Of a DNA stretch of 64,000 nt, positions 48,350-61,246 are shown piece by piece; the first letter of the stretch is position 1; each line of letters begins with the position of its first letter. The notes under the pieces were generated by a model that did no database searches, was not told where the DNA came from, and saw nothing but the letters and a program-made list of their open reading frames with translations. Both the position numbers and the translations under genes were made by a program. The stretch comes from Haliotis rufescens (lineage: Eukaryota): positions 186,001 to 250,000 of the forward strand of contig NW_025964386.1 in assembly GCF_023055435.1 (NCBI RefSeq). The letters are read 5' to 3'.

Positions 48350-51300
48350 TCAGGACAACCAGAGCAGGTGCAACAGTGACAGCGCCGTTATTACAACCGA
48401 CTGGAGCAACTTGCTGTTCTTTGCATGTGTTTCTTGTCCACCTGAAACTATCAAACATAGTGTCTTACATGAACAGTTCAGTAACAGCAAAGGAAGAAGT
48501 GGCGTTCCTTGCAGTACACCCAGTCGGAATGTCGGGATATTGTTGTCGACCATGAGTGAGTGAATGTTGTTTGACGCCTAAGTCAAAACTATTGCAGCTA
48601 TGTCTCGGTTGCTTGTTCAAAAACAAGTATGGACCAGACAAACCCGTGACCCGTACCTTACGATTTAAAAAAAATACAATGTAAAGCAAGGGATAAAGAA
48701 GACTTAAGAGAGGACATATTGAAATAGATGCCGATACGAGTGAGTGAGTGAGTGAGTGAGTGAGTTTGATTTTACGCCGCTTTTAGCAATGTTCCAGCAA
48801 TATCACGGCGGGGGACACCAGAAATGGGCTTCACACATTGTACCCATGTCGGGAATCGAACCCAGGTCTTCGGCGTGACGAGCGAACGCTTTAACCACTA
48901 GGCTACCCGACCGCCCCGATGCCGATACGATGGTACTAGTTCCATTGCCTGGCGTTCTGTATTTGGGAATAAAACCAACTGGCCGCAGAGCGGATGGTCG
49001 GGCGTTCGATCCCCGGCGGCGTCATACCAAACCACGTTAAACGATGGTACTTGCTACCCTAAAAATGTAACCCTGTCTGGCGCTCGGCTTTAAGGGGCTA
49101 AAATAAGGACTGGTTGGATCGGAGTCAGTATACTGTGTCTGAGTGGGGTATTCATGTTTAAACTGCGGCATGGTATCTCAGTGGGATAGAACTAAAACAG
49201 GCGTTAGCACACACAAGTTCTACAGATACTGAAAACGTGGAGTACATACTAGCGACGCGTGGAAAGAGGAACACCTCCTTGATGGCGAGTTTGGCGGGAA
49301 GATCTGCCACACACCGGAACGGGATGTCGCCTTCGACGCTACGCATGCGCACAGTGATTGTGCTCTCACAGTCACCGAAACCTGAAATGTATTTAGATTT
49401 ATAATACATATAGTACTGAAATACTAATACGCCAGTCATGAAAAATCAACTTCACACAAGGTCACTCATAAGACAAACATGTTATTTGACAAGAAACGAC
49501 AAACACGCTCTGTATGTGTTTGATCGTAGTATGGGGATAAAACAAGGAGTGGGCGGCTCAGTCAGTACACCGTGTCTTATCACGGTAGCCATGATGAACT
49601 ATGGTATCTCAGTAGGCTAGTACTATGAAACCGGGATTAGTCCGGACCAGTACAAGCATATGTTATATGAATGTAGTAATCTTAACGCGACGTCAAACCC
49701 AATTTCACCTCACCTCAATTACCTACTCGTCGGACTAATAGGTATGCCATACATTTTTCTTAGGGGCGATACCTTGATTTTATTTGCAACAAAGAAATAA
49801 AACAACAACAAAAATGGACACAACGAACATAAGGAACAAATGGTCAATTTGTAGTTCCCTAAAGTGGCTTCATACGGAAAGGGCCCGTAGAGGCAGAACA
49901 ACATTTGTTGAAATAATCAACGTTTTAACGTTTAAACAGGTATCTATTTTGTTTTATAAATCAGAAGATTCGATGCTTTTTACCATCGCTTTTGTATATC
50001 TTAGAACTAACGCTCTTGACGTCATTTAGTTCTCTTTGTCCTTTGAACCATCTGAGGTCTGCAGGCGGATGGCTGTGCCAAGACCGACACGTCAGGTTTA
50101 CGTCACCGTCGCTGGGCAACACTGACGTCACGTCTGAGGTCAAGGTAAGACGTTCCATCGGCACTGTGATACAAAACAACAATTAACAACTTTTAACATA
50201 AAAACACATTTTGAAAATGATTTAAATATATAAACTGTTGACGTTAACTCACGTTGTTATGATCTGAGTTGATTAGCGTTTGTTCACCTACAGTATCCAA
50301 TATGACACCGAAATATACTAAATATAGAATCAAATCTATTTAAATATTGGCTACCTTGCCACAAGGAGACAGATAAATATATATACTATTATGTGATATA
50401 CAGTAAAACCCCATTTTCTCGGACAGTATAGTTCCCATTGAAATCGTCCGGATTAAACATTTCCAAACATATGCCTAGTCAGCAATTTTCAAGCAATATC
50501 AGGATAGGCAGTAAACAGTTGTCTTAAACTGGCCAAAGAGTGGTTGTTAGCCAAGTCACAGATCGTAACCATATGACACTCGTTAATCGGCTCTAACAAT
50601 AAACTCGTGAGTGATTAAATATTTCCAAATATATGCCTAGTCAGCAATTTTCAAGCAATATCAGGATAGGCAGTAAATAATTGTCTTAAACTGGCCAAAG
50701 AGTGGTTGTTAGCCAAGTCACAGATCGTAACCATATGACACTCGTTAATCGGCTCTAACAACAAACTCGCCAAAATTGTAAACGCCTCGACCAGCAGCAC
50801 TTCGTAACTTCCTGGCAAGTCGCGATAGAAGTGATATACTGTAAATCTATTTATCCCAGAGAGGCGTTAAACCCGAGTCACTCACTCACTACAACACGCA
50901 AAGGGGACTAGGGCCATATTTTGCTCCGTCATCGGCAAGGGGTTATAACCCAAAAGCACTGACCCTATGTTTGATCCCATTCCATTTTCTCCTAATACGT
51001 TGGTTAGTTGGTTGCTGTGTTGTTTATCGCCACACTCAGCAATATTCCAGCTATTGTAAATAATCGAGTCTGGACCAGACAATCCAGTGATTAATATCAT
51101 GAGCATCGATCCACGCAATTGGGATTGATGACATGCATCAGCCAAGTCAGTTAGCCTGACCATCCGATCCCGTTAGACGCCTTTTACGACAAGCATAATT
51201 GCCTTTTACGGCAAGCATGGGTTGCTGAAGACCTATCCCACCCCTGGGCCCACTTGCACAAAGCGATCTTAGCACTAAGATGATCGTTACTCCAATACTT

Positions 51301-53147
51301 TAACAAAGGCTTACAATAGTCTTAGGGCTAAGATCGCTTTGTGCAAGTGGGCCCAGGTCTTCACGGGAATCCTAAAAAGTAATTGTATCAGTCGAACATA
51401 TTGTTTTTTGCAATTTGAACAATAAATGCAGAAGCCATGTATACCTTGTTATTTTGCATCCAAGAAATCTATCAAACATTTTTGGTCATTATCAGTTTAG
51501 TCTACTGTATGTTTCTGAGAAGGTTATCTAAATATTTTTCTTTTCTTCAATATTAAAAACAACAAAACAACAACCTAATATTGAATTTCAATGACTTGAC
51601 CAAATTTGAACCCCTTTAGGCCAAGAGCATCCACCGAAAAGGTCGAAAGTGTGAATAAACGCTTAAACCGAAAAACAAAAACAAACTTGAAGAAAGTACT
51701 TGCTCGTTGAATTTTTCATGGTGCCTCAAATTCCAAATGATTCATGACAGTTTCTTAAAAGTTAGATGAATCAAGCCTAGTACGACGCACCTGAGACAGA
51801 CACGTACGCGGTAGCCGTATTCGTTTCTGCGTCACATTGGTACAGTCCATCGTCCTTAACTGTGACGTCACGAATGACAAGGTTGTAGGTGTCCCGGATA
51901 TGGAACTTGTAACTGTTTGTTGACCGGTTGTTGATGGAGGCGATTCGCTCGTTAATGCCTGAAACCTATAACAAGGTGAAGACTATACAAGTTAAGTTGC
52001 AGTGCTTGGCTTATCTCAATCCCATGTGTAATCTCGGCCAACACTTGGGGAACCCCTATTGGAAGTAGTTTTATTCACGTGACTATCACATAAAACAACA
52101 CACCCTAACTGAAGGCATGACTCTTATGTAAGAGCGTGTTTATGAATATTAATATATATAGTGTTTCCATGTACTTACTTTACTTACTTTATTTCTGTTG
52201 ACATAAAAAGTGGTGTGTTTTTTACACCATTAGCGCTTGAACTGTTTTACAAAGATAATTTGCTCCAGAATTGTTCTATGGAATCGTAGAAGGGACATTG
52301 TCGCGTTGTTGCCCTTATTAAAAGAAGCAAAACGCGTAAAAAACCCCAAAGCGCGATAATGCGATAGTTTGACCATTTGTCACATTGTGGCGTTTTGAAT
52401 AATATTTTTGACTTTTTCCAAGCGTGACAATGCGAAAAGGCGACATTTTTCAGTGTCAAAATATGTGGTGTAGTCGCATTGTCGCCAAATCTAAAATGTG
52501 CGAGTGAGTGAGTGAGTGAGTGAGTATGGCTTTACGCCGCTTTTAGCAATATTCCAGCAATATCACGGCGGGGGACACCAGAAATGGGCTTCACACATTG
52601 TACCCATGTCGGGAATCGAACCCGGGTCTTCGGCGTGACGAGCGAACGCTTTAACCACTAGGCTACCCGACCGCCCCCTAAAATGTGTAATACAGGCGCT
52701 AAAATACACGACAACGTGGCAATGCCCCTCCCAGGATTCCATACATGTCCTGTGTCGCAAGAAATAGCATTATTTGATAGCTTCTTTCAGAGAAAGACCC
52801 ACCCAGCCTCCTCCAGACTGCCACACTGTCATGACGTTGTATACGACACTCCATTGTTACCTGCTGACTAAACCTGTTACATATCAAACAAACAACACGG
52901 CCTTACCTTTTTCCAGATGACAAGTTCGCCAGGTTTTTGACGCCTAGTTTGGCACTCCAGTGTAACGTCATCACCAGTAAACGCCGTTACGTTAGACGGC
53001 TCGATGTTGATTGTGACGCTGGTCACGTGATTGAAAGCTGGAGAAATAGAGCACAGGCCTTATAAGGGCTGAACGATGCAGTGATGTGACACCGTATGGA
53101 ATAGTCATGGGCGGATACAGCTTTTTGGAAAAGGGTTTTTCGAAAAA

Positions 53148-53196
<49 letters not shown>

Positions 53197-55567
53197 GGGG
53201 CGCACCCCCGCAGCCCCCATCTGTATCCGCCCATGAATAGTCATACGTCTCCATGCATATCGTTAAGTTTAAACAATCCTATTAAAGTCAGATCTTAGTT
53301 TTCTCTGCCGTAACAATTGTTATATTTGGGATAACACTTTCTGAGTAAAGTACACATTCTCGTACTATTGTGAGTTGAGTACCGTCCGGGATTCGAACCC
53401 ACACTGCCAGAGTGAGGCATTTAATCGCCAGCACACAAAGTTAGCGATCTAACCCACTCAGCCACCGAGGCTTCCACAAAATTGAAAGTCCGACAACTTG
53501 TAGTCTAGTTCACGTACTTTGTATACCCCTCTGACAAGTGTAAATTGGCACGGCTCCCATGGCCGAAAGCTATGAACACACAATGCCATTTAGAAAGTGG
53601 TTAAATGTAACAAATGTTATACTTGGGATAACACTTTCAGAGTAAAGTACAGATTCTCGTACTTTTTTGGGGTTGAGTCCCGTCCGGGATTCGAAACCCA
53701 CAATGCCAGAGCGAGGCACCTAATCGCGCATCATGGAATTTGCTCATGTGAGGCAGTCTTCATCAGCTGATGAACGTCAACAAATACAACTTCAATCCTT
53801 AATTTGAATATTATTGTTACGTAAGGCCGGAATGACGGCGCACTAGAAACGACATTCAAAGCTGAAGATTGTTGACGTCATCCGACAATCGTGGTTTCCT
53901 GTGACGGCTGTCCTGATCAGGGCGCAGCTGTACAAAAGCGTACCGACTGTCGCATGTCTATATTAAGGTATACGACCACCTTAGCGCTTAGCGCTAGATC
54001 GCTTTGTACAACGGCACCCAGTGCATTTCTCTAAAGGGGAGCACACAAGGATAAAGAAATAAAGGGTGATAAAGAAAGCATAACACTCGCAAGCGTGTCA
54101 CACTCATTTTACGAAATTCGTGTAAAAATAAATGTATAACCCGCGCTCTCGCTACAAGAATTCTGTCACTTGTAAACAGTTCGCACTACATGCTGTACTA
54201 ATAATCTCCATTTAACCACATTGATTGAGTGACAAACCTAGAAACATAATCGGGGGGAACCGGGATTCGAACCCACAATCATAGGTTTCTGGTGTGCCCA
54301 AGGGACGCAACTCTGCACAGCGAATCGCGGCGCTTTAGACGACTGGGCCACCCGTGCCCCCCTGCTATTTTGAAAACAATGAAGTAATATTAATGTTTAA
54401 AAACAGTTGCTGTTGATTACGTACTCTCTACCTGTCAGTGCCATCCTCAATATCAATTTGCATATTTTTTGTTTGTTTGTTTGTTTGTTTGTTTGTTGTT
54501 TTACGCCGCAGTCAGCAATATTCCAGCTATATGACGGCGGTCTGTAAATGATCGAGTCTGGACCAGACAATCCAGTAATTGACATCATGAGCATCGATCC
54601 ACGCAATTGGGACCGATGACATGCATCAACCAAGTCAGCGAGCCTGACCACCCCGATCCCGTTAGTCGCCTTTTACGACAAGCATAGTCGCCATTTACGG
54701 CAAGCATGGGCTGCTGAAGACCTATTCTACCCCGGATCTTCAAGGTTCAATTTGCATATATCATTGTATGCTCTGAAGTAGTAAGAAAGTGTTGAACTGA
54801 GTTCAGAAATTGATTTTGATCGTGAAAATTTACATCGCACAAATATGTAATGAAGAATATTGATATGATAAGGCTTAGAGCCGGGCTACCAAGACCTAAG
54901 GTAAACGAAAGTAGTTGGGCAGATATTGATGTACGTTTACGGCTCTGCCCCATATGTGAGTGAGTGAGTGAGTGAGTATGGTTTTACGCCGCTTTTAGCA
55001 ATATTCCAGCAATATCACGGCGGGGGACACCAGAAATGGGCTTCACACATTGTACCCATGTCGGGAATCGAACCCGGGTCTTCGGCGTGACGAGCGAACG
55101 CTTCAACCACTAGGCTACCCGACCGCCCCTGTGCCCCATTTGTGAAACAAGTATAGAGAATGAATATCATTTTACTTTAGAATGTGAATATTACAACGAT
55201 ATTAGAGAACTGTACTTACCAAAAACTTTTTGCCATGATCCAAATATGCATAAATTTAAAATGCTTGCTGTCATCCTCATGTAAACAATTACTTGGAAAA
55301 CATGTGAATACTTTTATTACAGCTATGAACGAAGACGTTATCATGAAAAGCCTGTAAATCTGTAAATTTGTACCTGACATTACCTTTTTTCATGTACCAC
55401 ACTATTTTAAATGTATGTATTGTATGTATATGGACCATCGGCCTTAGTACAAATAAAAGACTTCACTTCAATATTTACATATTCTTAAATATTGTACGGA
55501 TGATAACACAAACTTTAAACTAACCTGTGAAACAGAGCAAGCACAGTAGACAAGCCATAGTGTTCAT
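48350..55567 (-). CDS. Small secreted or GPI-anchored immunoglobulin-superfamily protein, 2 Ig domains, 250 aa, 6 exons
   Basis: Exons 55567-55525, 53037-52907, 51965-51791, 50163-49984, 49381-49250, 48441-48350 total 753 nt, in frame, all GT-AG. Signal MNTMACLLCLLCFTA; Ig1 VTLEC..VIWKK..YNLVIRDVTVKDDGLYQC; Ig2 NLTCRSWHSHPPADLRWFKG..FRC; hydrophobic C-terminus LLQSVVITALSLLHLLWLS* with no cytoplasmic tail. Confidence 0.88.
48740..48917 (-). mobile_element. SINE family A copy
   Basis: TSD GATGCCGATACGA; long (GTGA)n tail. Confidence 0.9.
50455..50769. repeat. ~161-bp tandem duplication in an Ig-gene intron
   Basis: ATTTCCAAA.ATATGCCTAGTCAGC...AAACTCG at 50460 and 50621, near identical. Confidence 0.9.
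51244..51356. mobile_element. Palindromic MITE, ~110 bp (second copy at 10088-10197; diverged copy at about 53918-54020)
   Basis: TIR GGGCCCACTTGCACAAAGCGATCTTAG / CTAAGATCGCTTTGTGCAAGTGGGCCC; interrupts the head of a family B element. Confidence 0.85.
52502..52677 (-). mobile_element. SINE family A copy
   Basis: TSD CTAAAATGTG; essentially consensus sequence. Confidence 0.9.
53106..53235. mobile_element. 130-bp TIR element with a 48-nt poly-G core
   Basis: 15-bp perfect TIR CATGGGCGGATACAG / CTGTATCCGCCCATG; AATAGT duplicated at the flanks. Confidence 0.75.
53323..53730 (-). mobile_element. tRNA-headed repeat (family E) present as a ~297-bp tandem pair
   Basis: TTGGGATAACACTTTC..CCGGGATTCGAA(A)CCCAC occurs at 53326 and 53623. 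The minus strand has GTGGCTGAGTGG (A box) and GGTTCGAATCC (B box). Confidence 0.6.
54466..54746 (-). mobile_element. Family B copy, full length
   Basis: TSD TCAATTTGCATAT at 54453-54465 and 54747-54759. Confidence 0.9.
54880..55462 (+). pseudogene. LINE 3' remnant (CCHC) interrupted by SINE A
   Basis: RLCPICETSIENEYHFTLECEYYNDIR after removing the SINE; AATAAAA at the 3' end. Confidence 0.6.
54960..55129 (-). mobile_element. SINE family A copy inserted in a LINE remnant
   Basis: Imperfect TSD TGCCCCAT(A/T)TGTGA. Confidence 0.88.
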
Positions 55568-56470
55568 CGCATTAAGAGAAGGGCCATCACTGTAATACAA
55601 ACCTTTGTCCTTAACAAGAACGTGAAATCCCTTGAATCACTTCTGCAAACATCCAGCTGTCATTATGGACGAGGATCAACACTTTAATCTGATTTCTAGC
55701 AACGCTAATTACGAAGCCATTAAGCACGCACCCACAACCAGAACAGCGAATCCCAATGATACAGCTATTTCACATTGCATTGCGTTGTCAATGTATTGGT
55801 TGTATTTAGTGCGGTGACTTCGTGATGTCGGATAGCGTTTCCGCTTGAATGATGTGAAGTTTGATTCCAGTTTTCAAATATACAATAATTGATTCTATTT
55901 TCTATTTAATGAGGGAGAAATGAAAACAGAGAACAGATTCATTTAATAGGTTAACGTTTTATTTTCGTCAGAAGGAAATATGTTCATATAAACGTAAACA
56001 CACTAACAACGCAACATCCCCTTATCTTCATCTATCTATCTGTCTGTCTGTCTGTCTGTCTATCTATCAATCTACGAGTGATAGATAGGTACCTACGTGT
56101 GGTAGGTAGACATGTATCTATCTATGCAATGACCATTATTTATAAATGCTACTAAAATGAAGTTAAAGAACACCCAATTCTTTCATAGTACTATAGTACT
56201 ATGAAATAATCGAGCGTTATTCAAATAATAACGTGTATTCTTCAATTCCCCATAACTAATAACAGAAAGTATAACATGAAATATGACATTGTCTGGCAGG
56301 CATTTAGTTTAACACGTATTCTTCAATTCCCCTCTCGAACGCAAGGCCAAGGCCATGCTCTTTAACATCGAGACATGAGCATGCCTTTAACACTTATCTC
56401 TTAATAATCATTTCAAATCTTGCGTTTCAAGATGCCGCACCATGCAAGTCACTTTGTCGTATCCTTGGAC

Positions 56471-58200
56471 TTACCCCTCCCCTCGACAGCCTACCCCTCC
56501 AGTCGTCATCCTACCCCTCCCCTCGACAGCCTACCCCTCCAGTCGTCATCCTACCCCTCCCCTCGACAGCCTACCCCTCCAGTCGTCATCCTACCCCTCC
56601 CCTCGACCGCCTCACCCCCCAGTCGTCATCCTACCCCTCCCCTCGACAGCCTACCCCTCCAGTCGTCGTCATCCTACTCCTCTCTTCGACAGCCTACCCC
56701 CCAGTCGTCATCCTACCCCTCCCCTCGACAGCCTACCCCTCTAGTCGTCATCCTACCCCTCCCCTCGACAGCCTACCCCTCCAGTCGTCATCCTATCCCT
56801 CCCCTCGACAGCCTACCCCTCCAGTCGTCATCCTACCTCTCCCCTCGACAGCCTACCCCCCAGTCGTCATCCTACCCCTCCCCTCGACAGCCTACCCCCC
56901 AGTCGTCATCCTACCCCTCTCCTCGACAGCCTACCCCTCCAGTCGTCATCCTACCCCTCCCCTCGACAGCCTACCCCCCAGTCGTCATCATATACCTCCC
57001 CTCGACAGCCTACCCCCCCAGTCGTCATCCTACCCCTCCCCTCGACAGCCTACTCCTCCAGTCGTCATCCTACCCCTCCCCTCGACAGCCTCACCCCCCA
57101 GTCGTCATCCTACCCCTCCCCTCGACAGCCTACCCCTCCAGTCGTCGTCATCCTACTCCTCTCTTCGACAGCCTACCCCCCAGTCGTCATCCTACCCCTC
57201 CCCTCGACAGCCTACCCCTCCAGTCGTCATCCTACCCCTCCCCTCGACAGCCTACCCCTCCAGTCGTCATCCTATCCCTCCCCTCGACAGCCTACCCCTC
57301 CAGTCGTCATCCTACCTCTCCCCTCGACAGCCTACCCCCCAGTCGTCATCCTACCCCTCCCCTCGACAGCCTACCCCCCAGTCGTCATCCTACCCCTCTC
57401 CTCGACAGCCTACCCCTCCAGTCGTCATCCTACCCCTCCCCTCGACAGCCTACCCCCCAGTCGTCATCCTACCCCTCTCCTCGACAGCCTACTCCTCCAG
57501 TCGTCATCCTACCCCTCCCCTCGACAGCCTACCCCTCCAGTCGTCATCCTACCCCTCCCCTCGACAACCTACCCCTCCAGTCTTCATCCTACCCCTCCCC
57601 TCGACAGCCTACCCTTCCAGTCGTCATCCTACCCCTCCCCTCGACAGCCTAACTCTCCAGTCGTCATCCTACCCCTCCCCTCGACAACCTACCCCTCCAG
57701 TCGTCATCCTACCCCTGCCTTCGACAACCTACCCCTCCAGTCGTCATCCTACCCCTCCCCTCGACAGCCCCCCCAGTCGTCATCCTACCCCTCCCCTCGA
57801 CAACCTACCCCTCCAGTCGTCATCCTACCCCTCCCCTCGACAGCCTACCCCTCCAGTCGACGTCATCATACACCTCCCCTCGACAGCCTACCCCCCCCCC
57901 CCCCCCCAGTCGTCATCCTACCCCTCCCCTCGACAGCCTACTCCTCCAGTCGTCATCCTACCCCTCCCCTCGACTGCCTAACCCCCCAGTCGTCATCCTA
58001 CCCCTCCCCTCGACAGCCTACCCCTCCAGTCGTCGCCAATCTTACTCCTCTCTTCGACAGCCTACCCCTCCAGTCGTCATCCTACCCCTCCCCTCGACAG
58101 CCTACCCCTCCAGTCGTCATCCTACCCCTCCCCTCGACAGCCTACCAAACCCCTAGCCGTCCTATCCCTCCAGTCGCCATCCTGCTCCACCCCTCACCAG
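56471..58200. repeat. C-rich 40-bp minisatellite (two related 20-mers) between the divergent Ig genes
   Basis: Unit CTACCCCTCCCCTCGACAGC-CTACCCCTCCAGTCGTCATC repeated about 40 times with small indels. Confidence 0.97.
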
Positions 58201-58649
58201 CCTGCCCCACCCGTCGCGATCCTACCCCACCTGTTGCCATTCTGCCTCACTCCCTGGCCATACTCAATCTCGCCAACAAGCCCCCTTCACATCGCCATGA
58301 TGCCACCAAAATATCTTGCTTCACAAATAGTTCGTGAAAACTGTCACTTTTATCCTAAAGTAGACAGACAAATCTAAACATATATTCATATTTCCATATA
58401 TAGCTACATGTAATAGTGTGAACGTTTGCTAGGGGTTACAAATTCTCTGTTGGATCATGATCAACAATGAGTCATTTTAATACGCCATAGTCGTGGCAAT
58501 GACATTGTATTTATTAGCCATACACCCCCAGAGCAGGCTAATTCCCGTGGACGAATATGCGCAACAAACAAGGATAACCATGCGATGTTGGGTGTGTCAT
58601 CCCAACAGGCACACCTTGCGCTTGTATCATGTGCCTAGCCCTGGGAGAG

Positions 58650-58680
58650 TATATAACAGCCATGGACAATGGTCAGTTTA
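58650..58680 (+). promoter_or_regulatory. Candidate TATA box and initiator of the + strand Ig gene
   Basis: TATATAA at 58650-58656, an Inr-like TCAGTT at about 58673, and the ATG at 58731. Confidence 0.55.
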
Positions 58681-58730
58681 CAGTTGACCACAGTCCTCAC
58701 TGAACAGCGGGTCAAGCTCAACTAAACAGC

Positions 58731-61196
58731 ATGATAGCTCTCTCCGGTATCATCGTGGGTCTTGCGATTGTCCATTGTAAGTATTTAATGGGACTTGAAC
58801 CATGAATCTACCTGTATCTTGGTTCATATAATCAATGTGGTATTTATGAAGTGTATTCAATCATGTTGCCTGCTCATATGAAATGCATTTGGTATCTGTG
58901 TAGTAATTAAACAGAGAAATGCGAAATACCCTTTGACAAATATATGTTAAAGCTTCAATAATTGTTACAGTTTTGGAACTTGTGTTGAAAAACGAAGCTT
59001 GATGGTTATAATCTGCCGACATATATACTCTTTGTCTTGGACGTAGTTGTGGCTGTTGTTTCTGTTAATAACTATGAGAACCAAGTAACATGCTGCAACG
59101 TCTAGACTAGTTGTTCTACGGGTGGCCCAGTTGTCTAAGGCGTCGCAGTTCGCTGTGCAGAGTTGCGTCCCTTTGGCACGCCAGAAACCTATGATCGTTC
59201 GAATCCCAGTTCGCCCCGATTATGTTTCTGGGTTTGTCAGCGCCAAAGAGCTAAACATCTGAGACCTGCATCACTTCGGGCTTTCCACCCACATTAAGCT
59301 GACACGCCGTGATATAACTGGAATACTGTTAAAAGCGGCGTTAAACCCACTCACTCCAGGACTGGTCTTTCGTTCTGCCTGTTTAACATGAATAAAGCTG
59401 TCTTGGGCTCGTACCATCAAGCGATCTTGGCTAGGTAGTCCTATGAACCAGTTCCCTGCGTATGACCAGGATGCCCGGTTTTCTAGTTGCCCTGTTACCA
59501 GTTTGCTCTTGAAACAAGTTGCCCTGTGACCAGTTTGCCTTTGTAACCAGTTGCCCTGTTACCAGGTCGCTCTTGTAACAAGTTGCCCTGTGACCAGTTT
59601 GCTCTTGTAACAAGTTGTCCTGTTACCAGGTTGCCCTTGTAACCAGTTGCCCTGTTACCAGGTTGCCCTTGTAACCAGTTGCCCTGTTACCAGGTCGCTC
59701 TTGTAACAAGTTGCCCTGTAACCAGGTTGCCCTTGTAACAAGTTGTCCTGTTACCAGGTTGCCCTTGTAACAAGTTGCCCTGTTACCAGGTTGCCCTTGT
59801 AACAAGTTGCCCTGTTACCAGGTCGCTCTTGTAACAAGTTGCCCTGTTACCAGGTTGCCCTGGTAACCAGTTGCCCTGTTACCAGGTTGCCCCTGTAAAA
59901 AGTTGCCCTGTTACCAGGTTGCCCTTGTAACAAGTTGCCCTGTTACCAGGTCGCTCTTGTAACAAGTTGCCCTGTTACCAGGTTGCCCTTGTAACATGTG
60001 ACCAGTTTGCCCTTGTAACTAGTTGCCCTGTTACCAGATCGCTCTTGTAACAAGTTGCCCTGTTACCAGATCGCTCTTGTAACAAGTTGCCTTGTTACCA
60101 GGTTGCCCTTGTAACCAGTTGCCCTGTTACCAGGTTGCCCTTGTAACCAGTTGCCCGATTTCCCCGTTGCCCTGTTATCAAGATGCCCCGTTGGTCATAA
60201 ACCAATTGTATGAAATCCTTACGACTGAAATAACATTGTTCTCGTAACTGATAGATATGAATCTGTCATAATTAAAAGTACCTGGCTTTTTACAGCGAGT
60301 ATGGCCGCCATATCGTTTACTATCGCCCCCTACAACACAACGGCGGGGATAGGGCAGACAGCCACCCTCGCATGCATTGTGGCTGGGAAAACCTCCGAGT
60401 CCGTAAAATGGAAAAAGGTATGTACAGCATGTTGTCCCTCTTCAATACATCGTCAATACTTCACGGGTTTGTATACACAATGTTCCGCCATCACCCATGA
60501 CTACATACGGCCACGTTTATAAAGGTCCGGGATAGAATTGGTCTTCAGCAACCCATGCTTGTCGAAAGAGGCGACTAACGGGATCAGATGGTCAGGCTAC
60601 GCGGTGTGGAAGTGACTCGTCAAGTCAAGTTATGAAATGAACCGTATATAACTCACGGAAGTCAGAGGAGCCCTACTCTTTGCATGACATTAAAGTTACG
60701 TGTAAAAAGTAGATGGCTGCAAAAGTATGGATGTTGTTGCACGCAAAGTATTGCCGATATGATCTGAATGCTCACTGGCCTAACCTTCCCGTGAAGATCC
60801 GGGGTAGAATAGGTCTTCAGCAACCCATCCTTGCCGTAAAAAGCTACTTTGCTTGTTGTACGAGGCGTCTAACGGGATCGGTCGGTCAGGCTCCTGACCT
60901 GGTTGATGCATGTCATCGTATCCAAATTACGTGGATCGATGCTCACGATGTCAATCACTGGATTGTCTGCAATGTTGCTGAGTGTGTCCCTACAGAAAGG
61001 GTGTCAGAGGAGAACTTCTTGTACTTTCGAGGACCTAATGTTATGTGCAGCCATGTGTAGGCATAATTGCACATTTTAAATAACATAATTTATAATGTAA
61101 ATCGCAAGCATTCTTTAATAAAGAAAGGTGTGATTATATAAATTGTACATGTTCAATGTGTGGATCGTGGGGGAACAGCGGAATAGTTACACGACA

Positions 61197-61246
<50 letters not shown>

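Noticed and set aside
56420-57652. 410-aa Pro/Ser-rich ORF
   Set aside because: It is a translation of the 40-bp minisatellite cycling through all three frames, with a TTG start.
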